Part shown: piece after piece, positions 51,461 to 62,476 of the stretch
How positions within the stretch are numbered: position 1 is the first letter of the stretch
Layout of the letters: the number at the start of each line of letters is the position of its first letter
NCBI RefSeq assembly: GCF_044704955.1
Contig: NC_091980.1
Span: 86,180,001 to 86,244,000, forward strand
Reading direction: 5' to 3'
Source: Pristiophorus japonicus
Taxonomy: Eukaryota
DNA length: 64,000 nucleotides
Notes under the pieces: generated by a model
The model's input: the letters and a program-made list of their open reading frames with translations, nothing else
Database searches by the model: none
Told to the model about the DNA's origin: nothing
Translations under genes and position numbers: made by a program

Positions 51461-54400
51461 AGACGACTGGGTATGGGGGAACTCACAAGTGGATGCCTTT
51501 AAGAAAGCCAGAAATTTACTGTGTTCTAACAAACTGCCTGTCCTGTATAACCCATGTAAACGACTAGTATTAGTTTGCGATGCGTCGTCATATGGGGTCG
51601 TGTGTGTGTTACAACAGGCTAATGAATTGGGAATTTTGCAACCAGTTGCATTATGCATTCAGGAGTTTGTCCAAGGCCGAAAGGGCCGACAGCATGGTTG
51701 AAAAAGAGGCTCTGGCATGCGTTTATGGGGTAAAAAAAATGCACCAGTACTTTTTTGGTCTCAAGTTCGAGCTTGAAACAGACCACAAGCTATTCTCGGA
51801 GAGCAAAGGGATCAATACCAATGCCTCTGCCCGCCTCCAAAGATGGGCGCTCACGCTGTCAGCATACAACTATGTAATTTGCCACAGACCGGGCACAGAG
51901 AACTGCGCAGATGCTCTCAGTCGGCTACCATTGCCTTCTATAGGGGTGTAAATGGCACAGCCAGCGGACTTGCTTATGGTCATGGAGGCATTTGAGAATG
52001 AGAAATCCCGCCATACGGCCCGCCAGATCAGGACCTGGATCAGCCAGGATCCTTTACTGTCCCTGGTAAAAAAACTATGTCCTCCATGGGAGCTGGTCCA
52101 GAGTCCCAGTGGAGATGCAGGAAGCGATTAAGCCATTCCACAGACGCAAAGATGAGCTGTCCCTGCAGGCCGGCTGTCTCTTGTGGGGCAATCATATGGT
52201 CTTGCCCAAGAAAGGCAGAGACACATTTATTGAGGAACTACACAGCATCCACCCAGGCATCCTGATGATGAAAGCCATAGCCAGATTCCACGTGTGGTGG
52301 CCAGGCATCAACTCAGATTTAGAGTCATGAGTACGTCAGTGCAACGCTTGCTCTCAGTTGAGCAATGCACCCAGAGAGGCACCGCTAAGTTTAGGGTCCT
52401 GGCCATCCAAAACGTGGTCAAGGATCCATGTAGACTATGCAGGCCCATTCCGAGGCAAAATGTTTTTGGTTGTCGTGGATGCTTACTCAAAGTGGATTGA
52501 GTGTGCAATAATGTCTGGAAGCACGTCCACAGCCACCATTGAAAGTCTAAGAGCCATGTTTGCCACGCACGGCCTGCCCGATATCCTAGTCAGCGACAAT
52601 GGACCGTGCTTCACAAGTGCCGAATTCAAAGAGTTCATGACCCGCTACGGGATCAAACAAGTCATAACTGCGCTGTTCAAGCCCACATCCAACAGCCAGG
52701 CAGAACGGGCAGTCCAGACCATCAAGCAAAGCTTGAAACGTGTGTCGGAAGGCTCCCTGCAGATCCAGTTGTCCCGAGTACTACTCAGCTACCACACCAG
52801 ACCCCACACACTCACAGGGATTCCCCCAGCTGAGCTGCTCATGAAAAGAGCGCTTAAAACAAGGCTCTCTCTGGTCCACCCTGATCTACATGATCACGTA
52901 GAGGACAAGCGGCATCAACAGAGTGTGTACCATGACCGCGTAAACTTGTCACGCGATATTGAAATCAATGATCCTGTGTTTGTGCTCAGTTATGGACATG
53001 GTCCCAAATGGTTCGCTGGCACGGTCACAGGCAAAGAGGGGAGTAGGGTGTTTCAGGTCAAACCGACCAATGGACAACTGCACAGAAAACACTTGGACCA
53101 AATTAAACTGCGGTTCACCAACAGCTACGCTTAACCTGAAGAGGGCACCACCAACTTTGATCTTCCAACACACACGCAATTAGCAACTGACATCACAGTT
53201 GACCACGAAACAGAACTCATCATCCCCAGCCGCCCGGCAAGGCCGGCTGTCCAACAGCCCAATGAAGAACTGACCAACCAAACCACACCAACATTTGTAC
53301 TGAGACGATCGACAAGGAAGCGCAAAGCCCCAGATCGTCTCATCTTGTAAATAACTGTATTGTTGACTTCACAGGGAAGTGATGTTATGTATTTAACCCC
53401 ATGTAACCTTGTAACCTGCATCACACCTATCCACCAGAGGGCCTACCTGTTGGAGTCCTAAGGGATCCCAGCATCCCTTGGGAGTAGAATATATAAGCAG
53501 GCCACCCACGAGGTACCTGCACTCTGGAACTACAATAAAGGAGCTAATGTCACACTTGCTCATTACACACAGTACTCGGTCTGACCATTTATTATGAGTG
53601 TAACATAACCGACAGATGTAATCATGATTATTATGATAATTATCACTCTTTACCTAAAGACGTGTACCGTGACCTCAGGCTTTGAGTAAAACATTTCCGG
53701 TAAAAGTGAAAGACCTCACATCTGCTGATAGTCACTCATGACTGTTACAAATCAAATTATATAAATACATAAATACATGTAAATAAATGTAATACTCTTG
53801 CGGATCCCACAAGGTCGTTCCATCGTTTGCGGCACTGGTTGCCCTCACGCACATCGTAGGTCACCGACAAGACCACCTCTGCTATCTTGGTCCATATCTT
53901 CTGGTCAGCCTTTGGGGTGGGCTTCCCACGCCCTCCCTGTGTCAAATCACCCCAGCGTATCTCGACCTCCTGCAGGAGGGAGGCATATGCCTTGTCGGAG
54001 AACCTCCTCACTTGTTTGCGCCCTCTAATGTGCTCCTCTCCCACCTCACTGCGCTCAGCTGCATCAGTCTCCACAGCGTGCTGTGATGTCTCCTCCTCTC
54101 CCTCCATTATAGGCCAAATTCGGGCAAATATGTGGCTGGTAACAGCTAATTTTTGTTTCCCTATTTGCTGTAAAGCTCTAAACTCTCCCTCCTTCCTCCC
54201 AAAGCAGCCACACCACACCCACACACGCCTTCACTCCCTCTCAGCTCCCTCTCTCTCTCTGTCTCCTCTTCTGCATATGTCATGATGCACCTTGACCTCC
54301 TGAATTGCGGGAATCGAGCGTTGCCATGCCGCTGTTAAGGACAGCGACATTTTACGGCAAAAGGTCAATGAGATTTAATGCTACCGCCCATTTCATATCG

Positions 54401-54856
54401 CTCACGGTAACGCTCAATTTCAAAAATGGAGACTAGCTGCTTTGAGAATGGGCAACAAGCCAGCGATCTGAAAACCCATTTTTACTGCCTACACCGGAAA
54501 CAACGCACATTTTTGGGCGATAAGCACAAAAGTGTAAAATCTAGCCCATTGTCTGAGGATAAGAGGCCGCCCATTTAAAACTGAGATGAGGAGAAATTTC
54601 TTCTCTCAAAGGGTTGTAAATCTGTGGAATTCTCTGCCCCAGAGAACTGTGGAGGTTGGGTCATTGAATATATTTAAGGCAGAGATAGACAGATTTTTGA
54701 GCGATAAGGGAGTAAAAGGTTATGGGGAGCGGGCAGGGAAGTGGAGCTGAGTCAATGTTCAGATCAGCCATGATTTAATTAAATGGCGGAGCAGGCTCAA
54801 GGGGCCAAATGGCATACACCTGCTCCTATTTCTTATGTTCTTATGTTCTTATTATT

Positions 54857-55681
54857 AGGTAAGACATAGTGGGACTATAGTTGTTATAAGGTAAGACGTA
54901 GTAGGACTATAGTTGTTATAAGGTAAGACGTAGTAGGACTATAGTTGTTATCAGGTAAGACATAGTGGGACTATAGTTGTTATAAGGTAAGACGTAGTAG
55001 GACTATGGTTGTTATAAGGTAAGACGTAGTAGGACTATGGTTGTTATAAGGTAAGACGTAGTAGGACTATAGTTGTTATAAGGTAAGATATAGTGGGACT
55101 ATAGTTGTTATAAGGTAAGACGTAGTAGGACTATAGTTGTTATAAGGTAAGACATAGTGGGACTATAGTTGTTATAAGGTAAGACGTAGTAGGACTATAG
55201 TTGTTATAAGGTAAGACGTAGTAGGACTATAGTTGTTATAAGGTAAGACGTAGTAGGACTATAGTTGTTATAAGGTAAGACGTAGTAGGACTATGGTTGT
55301 TATAAGGTAAGACGTAGTAGGACTATAGTTGTTATAAGGTAAGACGTAGTACGACTATGGTTGTTATAAGGTAAGACGTAGTAGGACTATAGTTGTTATA
55401 AGGTAAGACGTAGTAGGACTATGGTTGTTATAAGGTAAGACGTAGTAGGACTATAGTTGTTATAAGGTAAGACGTAGCAGGACTATGGTTGTTATAAGGT
55501 AAGACGTAGTGGGACTATAGTTGTTATAAGGTAAGACGTAGTAGGACTATGGTTGTTATAAGGTAAGACGTAGTAGGACTATAGTTGTTATAAGGTAAGA
55601 TGTAGTAGGACTATGGTTGTTATAAGGTAAGACGTAGTGGGACTATAGTTGTTATAAGGTAAGACGTAGTAGGACTATGGT
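54857..55681 (+). repeat. Tandem array of about 26 x 32-bp units in the ERV leader
   Basis: AGGTAAGAC(G/A)TAGT(A/G)GGACTAT(A/G)GTTGTTATA with exact 32-bp period and no spacers. Degenerate copies also at 39339-39404. Confidence 0.97.
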
Positions 55682-56043
55682 GAACTCCGGGAAATGATTG
55701 GTCACTGACCAAATTTTTTGCAGATAAACATAAGAAATTAATTCTCAAAATGAAAGAAGATGGGTGGGACCCATCAGTCGAACCTGTCAAACAAAGGGTT
55801 TGGTGCGAAAAGCAAACTAAAGAGGAAATAAAGCTGGTGTTCTAATTATCTGGTAGTGTCTGAGATTTAGTGAAAGATGAAACCTAAATTAGAAGAGTTG
55901 ACCAGTCTAAGACAGACAAAGAGACAGGCGACTATGTTTGGACCGATTGACGATCCAACAGATAAAGGACAGGGTGAGTTAGGGGACGGCCCACCGCCCT
56001 ATGCCACAGCGAGCGCCCTAGACTTAGAAGGAGAAGTGATTCC
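55677..56043 (+). pseudogene. gag: ERV gag N-terminal remnant with PPPY late domain
   Basis: MVNSGK*...KHKKLILKMKEDGWDP...WCEKQ...ELGDGPPPYATASAL; truncated by Gypsy 4. Confidence 0.65.
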
Positions 56044-59000
56044 TATTGTGTTCCTAACACAGATGAGACTGCACACAGGGAGGTTAAAGTAACAGTGATC
56101 TCAGTCTTTATTAAGAGACTCCAGAGTGAGGAACAGGCCTTAGAGACCGGCTTAAATACTGTGCTCCCAAGGGATGCTGTGATCCCTTGGGACTTCAGGG
56201 GATGCGCTCCCTGGTGGTGGAATATGGGAGTGCATGCGTTACAGATACACAACATCACTCCCCCCAAAAGTCAAGGTGAAAACTATTTACAAGGCATTTC
56301 TTTCCCTGGTGGACCGCCTCGGTACAAATGTCTGTTCTGGTGTGTTAGCTGTGCCCTCGCTGGGCTGGCGTATTGTTGGCCCTGCAGGGCTGCTGGGTGA
56401 GCCTGGCCTTGCTGAGCTGTTGGGCATGATGGGTTTGATTTCCTGGTCCAGGGTGGTGTCGTTGATCCTTTGGGTGTGTGTTGTGGGCTCGAAAAAGGTG
56501 GTGTCTGCTGTAGGTTGTTCAGGGCAGTCTGTGAACCGCAGCCTCGTTTGGTCCAGGTGCTTTCTGCAAATTTGTCCATTGTCTAGTTTGACTACAAACA
56601 CCCTACTCCCTTCTTTAGCTATCACAATGCCCGCGATCCACTTGGGACCATGTCCATAGTTTAGCACATACACAGGGTCATTCAGATCAATTTCCCGTGA
56701 CACAGTGGAGCGACCATCATTTACATTTTGTTGCTGCCGCCTGCTCTCTACCTGATCATGCAGGTTGGGGTGAACCAGTGAGAGTCTGGTTTTAAGTGTC
56801 CTTTTCATGAGTAGCTCAGCCGGGGGCACACCTGTGAGCGAGTGGGGTCTCGTGCGGTAGCTGAGCAGTACTCGGGACAGGCGGGTTTGGAGTGAGCCTT
56901 CTGTGACTCTTTTCAGGCTCTGTTTGATGGTTTGTACTGCCCGCTCTGCCTGCCCATTGAAGGTTGGTTTAAACGGGGCCGAGGTGACATGCTTGATCCC
57001 ATTGCGGGTCATGAATTCTTTAAATTCGGCACTGGTGAAACCTGGCCCGTTGTCACTGACCAGTATGTCAGGCAGACCGTGGGTGGCAAACATGGCCCTC
57101 AGGCTTTCAATGGTGGCGGTGGCGGTGCTTCCTGACATTATTTCACATTCAATCCATTTTGAAAAAGCACCACCACCACTAGGAACATTTTACCGAGTAA
57201 CGGGCCTGTATAGTCGACATGGATCCTCGACCATGATCTGGAGGGCCTGGACCACAAACTTAGTGGTGCCTCTCTGGGCGCGTTGCTCATCTGAGCACAC
57301 ACGCTGCATTGCCGTACACAGGACTCTAAGTCAGAGTCGATACCGGACCACCACACGTGGGATCTGGCTATTGCTTTCATCATTACTATACCCAGGTGTG
57401 TGCTGTGGAGATCCGAGATGACGTCTCCCTGCCCTTTTTGGGTAGCACTACGCGGTTACCCCACAACAGGAAGTCTGCCTGAATGGACAGCTCATCCTTT
57501 CGCCGCTGGAACGGCTTGATTAGCTCTTGCATTTCAGCGGGGATGCTGGCCCAGCTCCCATGCAGTACAGTTTTTTTACTAGGGACAGCAGAGGATCTTG
57601 GCTCGTCCAAGTCCTAATCTGGTGGGCCGTGACAGGTGATTTATCATTTTCAAAAGCTTCCATGACCATCAACAAGTCTGAGGGCTGCGCCACCATCAAC
57701 AAGTTTGCAGGCTGCACCATTTCCACCCCCGTGGTGGGAATGGTAGCCGACTGAGAGCATCCGCACAGTTCTTGGTGCCTGGCCTGTGACGGATGGTATA
57801 GTTATACGCTGATAGTGCGAATGCCCACCTTTGTATGTGGGCTGAGGCATTAGTATTTATCCCCTTGTTTTCAGCGAACAGGGATGTGAGGGGCTTGTGA
57901 TCGGTTTCCAGCTCAATTTTGCGGCCAAACAGGTACTGATGCATTTTTTTTACCCTGAACACACATGCTAATGCCTCTTTCTCAATCATGCTGTAGGTCC
58001 TCTCGGCCTTAGACAAGCTCCTGGAGGCATAGGCTACAGGTTGCAACTTTCCCGCAATGTTAGCTTGTTGTAATACACAACCGACTCCGTACGACGACGC
58101 ATCACATGCTAGCACAAGTCTTTTACACGGGTTATACAATACAAGCAGCTTGTTGGAGCATAAAATGTTTCTGGCTTTCTCAAAAGCAATGACTTGGTTT
58201 TTTCCCCAAACCCAGTTCTCACCTTTACACAATAACACATGTAGGGGCTCTAAGAGGGTGCTTAACCCCGGTAGGAAGTTACCAAAATAGTTGAGGAGTC
58301 CCAGGAACGACCGCAGCTCCGTGATGTTCTGTGGCCTGGGCGCATTCCTGATATCCTCTGTCTTGGCGTATGTGGGCCGAATGCCGTCCGCCGTGATCTT
58401 TCTCCCCAAAAACTCCACTTCTGTTGCCATGAAGACGCATTTCGACCTCTTCAGCTGCAGCCCTTCACGATCCATTCGCTGGAGGACCTCCTCCAGGTTT
58501 TGTAGGTGCTCGACGGTGTCCCGACCCATGATCAATATGTCGTCCTGAAAAACCACCGTGCATGGTACCGACTTGAGTCGGCTCTCCATGTTCTCTGGAA
58601 GTTCGCTGCAGCCGACCGAATTCCAAACGGGCATCTGTTGTAGATGAACAGTCCCTTGTGCGTGTTGATGCAGGTGAGGCCCTTCGAAGACTCCTCCAGC
58701 TCCTGCGTCAAGTAGGCTGAAGTCATGTTGAGCTTGGTAAACGTCTTGCCTCCTGCCAGTGTCGCAAATAGGTCGTCTGCCTTAGGTAGCAGGTATCGGT
58801 CCTGTAGTGAGAAACGATTAATAGTTACTTTATAATCACTGCAAATCCTGACCGTGCCATCACTTTTGAGTACTGGAACAATCGGGCTGGCCCACTCGCT
58901 GAATTCCACTGGGGAGATGATGCCCTCGCGTTGTAGCCTGCCCAGCTCGATTTCCACTCTCTCCCTTATCATGTGAGGTCCCACTCACGCCTTGTGGTGA

Positions 59001-59053
59001 ATGGGTCGTGCCTCTGGGACCAAGTGGATCCGCACCTTCACCCCAGAAAAGTC
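56044..59053 (-). mobile_element. Gypsy 4: 3' half only (RT-RNaseH-IN, PPT, 3' LTR 56044-56254)
   Basis: SPIVPVLK, FQDD, CDASSYGVG, TDHKPL, VSDNG, GQAER on the minus strand; 5' half missing. Confidence 0.92.
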
Positions 59054-59594
59054 ATAAAAACAATGGCCACTGAATGAAGCCATAGGCCCCCCATGAGGAC
59101 TGACAATGATCCCAAAATTCACGTCACTGTGTTGTTAGGGGGCCGGCAGTGTGACATGTTAGATGACACGGGAGCGTCAGTCTTGATAACAGATATACCT
59201 CTGCCAACTATTAGGCGATCACTATTGATACAGGGAGTAGGTGAAACCACGACCCGGGTACTACAAAGTGAAGTGATGGTCCCAGAGGTGGCAGGGATAT
59301 TAATCCCAGCCCAGTTCTAGGTGTGTAATAATCCTGAAGGAACTATTTTAGGAATCAACCTATTAGACCAACTGAGGGCACTAATAGACCCCAGGGAAAG
59401 AAAGATAACGTGGAAAGATTGTTCGGGTGGAGAAAGGATGACCTTGTGGGGCTGTAACAAGCTAGAGAATCATGCTCACGTTGGCAGCATACAGTCCTTC
59501 ACCTGGGACTGGTCTAAAGAAAGGAGATGGGAATGATTTGCTCATATCTCGGGGAGGTATGGGCAACATCAAAACAGGACTGTGGACTCGTGGA

Positions 59595-59695
59595 CCCTTG
59601 TGCGTGTTGATGTAGGTGAGGTCCTTCGAAGACTCCTCCAGCTCCTGCGTCAAGTAGGCTGAAGTCAGATTGAGCTTGGTAAACGTCTTGCCTCC
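59595..59695 (-). mobile_element. 101-bp copy of Gypsy 4 RT sequence inside ERV pol
   Basis: Near-identical to 58653-58753. Confidence 0.85.
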
Positions 59696-62239
59696 AGAAC
59701 AAAAGGTGCATAAACCGTATCCCATATGACCCAAGGCCCGCGAGGTGGTTGCCCGGATCATCCGGGACCTGGTGGCCGACGGAGTACTAAGGGAAACGGT
59801 GGTCACAACTAACTCGCCAGTGTGGCCCATCAAGAAGCCAGACAGATCAGACCGACTGACTATTGACTACACTGCGCTGAATAAGATCACGTCACGGGAA
59901 CACCCCATAGTAGCCGGTCCAACGACCATTTTTAATGGTCTAAAACCCGAACATAAAATCTTTACCGTATTAGACATAGCCAATGGATTCTAGTTAGTAG
60001 CCCTTTCCCGAGAATCAGAAAATAAGTTTGCCTTCACCTTAGGAGAACAGCAGTACACGTGGACCAGGGTACCACAGCGATTCCATAACAGACCGGCCAT
60101 ATTCCACTGGACTGTGAGCCGATGTTGGAGAATGTAGACCTGACTCCCTGCAAGAGTACTGTCCTACAATATGTAGATGACTTATTGATAGCCTCCGAAA
60201 GCACAAAAGGACACACCGGGGCACTCGTAGAAGTCCCAGAGGTGCTCCGGAGATCCGGGTTTAAAGTGAACCCAAAGAAAGTCCTCATGTCCGCCCCGGT
60301 TCTAGGACTGCCCAACATGGAGCTACCATTCCATATTTACTGTGATTACCAGGGAAGTTTCTGTGGAGCCATGGTCACCTAAGCCCACGGTGACCGGCAA
60401 AGACCCGTCACCTACTATTCAGCCCAAGAGTCGTTGGTGGCGGTGGGACTGTCCAGATGTGTAGCAGCACTAAATTGCGCAACATGGGCAGTGAAAGTTA
60501 GTGCACCCGTAGTAATGACCAGAGATATCGTGTTACATATGAAACACATTCTAGTAGAAATGTTAAACACGGGAAAACTCCGAGCCGTCTCCAACGTCCG
60601 GAGGGCGAAATGGGAAGCCGTTCTGTTATCCCGGGATGACTCGGTAAAGATAGTGAGGGACACCGGTTAGAACTCAGCAGAAAGAATTCTGGCCACGGGG
60701 GAACCACATGGGTGCCATCCACTCGACTGGGAAGATACCCCGGGGAACATAGGTGAGGTACCCTTAGACGATCCCGATCTGGTGTTGTATGTAGACAGGT
60801 CCTGAAAATATATAGATGGAGTCCCCCATACCTGATGGGCTGTAGTAAATCAGAGCCTAGAGGCCATATTGAATGGAGCTTTAGAGGGAGGACTATTGGC
60901 ACAGGTGGCAGAATTGACCGCACTGACCGAAGCCCTCAAACAAGCCGAGGGAAAACGGGTCAATATCTATTTGGATAGCCGCTACGCCTTTGGCATGGTA
61001 CATGACTACATGACCGCCTGGGGAAGATGAGGGTTCGTCACCTCAGGGGGCGAGGCCATCAAGCAATGGAGCCGTATTTAGGCTGCTATTAGATGCTGCT
61101 AGTAAACCTGCCCAAGCGGCAGTGATAAAGGTGAAGGTTCACCAACAAATAGTGGATGAGATACAAAAAGGAAATGAGGCAGTGGACCACGCAGCCCGAC
61201 GGGCCGCAGAGTCCAAAGCCCTCGACCCAGAACCCATAAGCACCCTGGCACTTGGGGAAGACGGTTATAGATGTAACGAAACTACAGGAAGATACAAGTG
61301 AAAAAGAGGAGTGGAAGGACACGGGCAGGGCCCGTGGTTCAGACTCCATATGGAGGCGAGATGGTTGCAAGATTGCACCTGAATGCATTTGACATATGTT
61401 GATGGAACTGCATCACGAGATCAATCACCACGGATGTAATGCTGTAACTATTAGTATTGATCGGGATTGGTGGTGGCCGGCCATGGCCAATGGGTAGCCA
61501 AATACTGTCAACAATGTATTACATGCGCCCAACACAACCCTGGAAAGGCTGTAAAGATCTGGATGGCCCATCAGCCCCGCCCTCAGGGACCATGGGAAAA
61601 TCTGCAAATTGCTTTTACAGGGCCACTACCAAACTCTCGAGGAAGGAAATATTTTCTAGTAATAATAGATCAATTCACACGGTGGGTGGAAGCATTCACA
61701 GTTCGCAACTGTACTGCGACCACAGTCATGCCAATACTGGCTGAGGAGGTGATTCCGCGTTGAGGAATACCCGCACAGATTGACTCAGACCAGGGAACTC
61801 ATTTCACCGGGAAAGTAATAAAGGTAGTCTGTAAGACTCTGGGCATTAAACAAAAGTTCCACATTCTGAGCCAGCCCTAAAGTTTAGGGATGGTAGAGAG
61901 AATGAATCGGACTCTTAAAACTTTACTGGCCAAGGCCATACAGGAAACCAGGCAATCCTGACTGGAATTGTTACCCACAATATTAATTAGATTGCACGCA
62001 ACCCCAAATTGGACTACAGGGCTAACACCCTACGAGCTGATGACAGGACGTGCCATGAAAATACCTGAGGGTATAATTTCGGGAGGACCGGATCTGGGAC
62101 TATTATGGGACCGAATCAGACAGTACGTAATGGAATTAAGCAAATAATTAAAAGATATGAGACAGGAAGTCAGGGAGCAAGAGGAATGTAGGGATCATGA
62201 TGAGGACTTTGAATCCCCGGCAGACGTGCAGCAAGTCGG

Positions 62240-62476
62240 AGAACAGGCACACCAACATCAGTCCCTGGGAGGACAGGCGCACCAACATCAGTGTCCTCGA
62301 CCAGGCTAACATCCCCAGTATTGAAGCACTGACCACACTCGATCAGCTTCGCGGGGCAGGCCACATAATTCGCATGTCAGACACGAGACTCCCTAAGCAA
62401 ATGCCTTATGCAGAGCTCCTTCATGGTCAACAAGCCAAAGGAGGACAGCGGAAACGTTATAAGGACACCCTCAAAG
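62240..62476 (+). mobile_element. Internal RTE fragment (no tail) inside the ERV integrase C-terminus
   Basis: PWEDRRTNISVLDQANIPSIEAL...RMSDTRLPKQ...RKRYKDTLK. Confidence 0.85.

Larger units (their letters stand above)
43662..53605 (+). mobile_element. Gypsy 3 complex: tandem element with three LTR positions, first unit mostly deleted
   Basis: TSD TAACC at both outer ends. LTR stub 43662-43710, IN copy 43711-44758, LTR 44791-44991, PBS TGGCGACGAG, gag-pol 45021-53350 (FQDD), LTR 53383-53605. Confidence 0.88.
42330..54107 (-). pseudogene. Harbinger Myb/SANT-like DNA-binding protein, 3 exons (about 54107-53796, 43572-43416, 43126-42330)
   Basis: RRFSDK...LLQEV...KIWTKIAEVV...REGNQCRKRWNDL | KKL...GGGLP...EMEERVLALVG with GT-AG boundaries. 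Intron 1 holds the Gypsy 3 complex. Confidence 0.78.
39970..54546. mobile_element. PIF/Harbinger DNA transposon, autonomous two-gene architecture, decayed
   Basis: TIRs GGGACTAGAGTTTCC / GTAAAATCTAGCC(C), 3-bp TSD CAT, convergent transposase and Myb/SANT genes. Confidence 0.88.
39402..54852 (+). mobile_element. CR1 LINE 3' fragment in the ERV leader repeats, split by the Harbinger (pieces 39402-39969 and 54547-54852)
   Basis: ...AGGGGACAT | TGTCTGAGGATAAGAGGCCG... rejoins as the LINE 3' coding end; (TTCTTATG)n tail at 54830-54852. Confidence 0.88.

Noticed and set aside
54857-55681. CRISPR-like array (32-bp repeats near RT and integrase genes)
   Set aside because: Units are head-to-tail with no unique spacers, there are no cas genes, and the context is eukaryotic.
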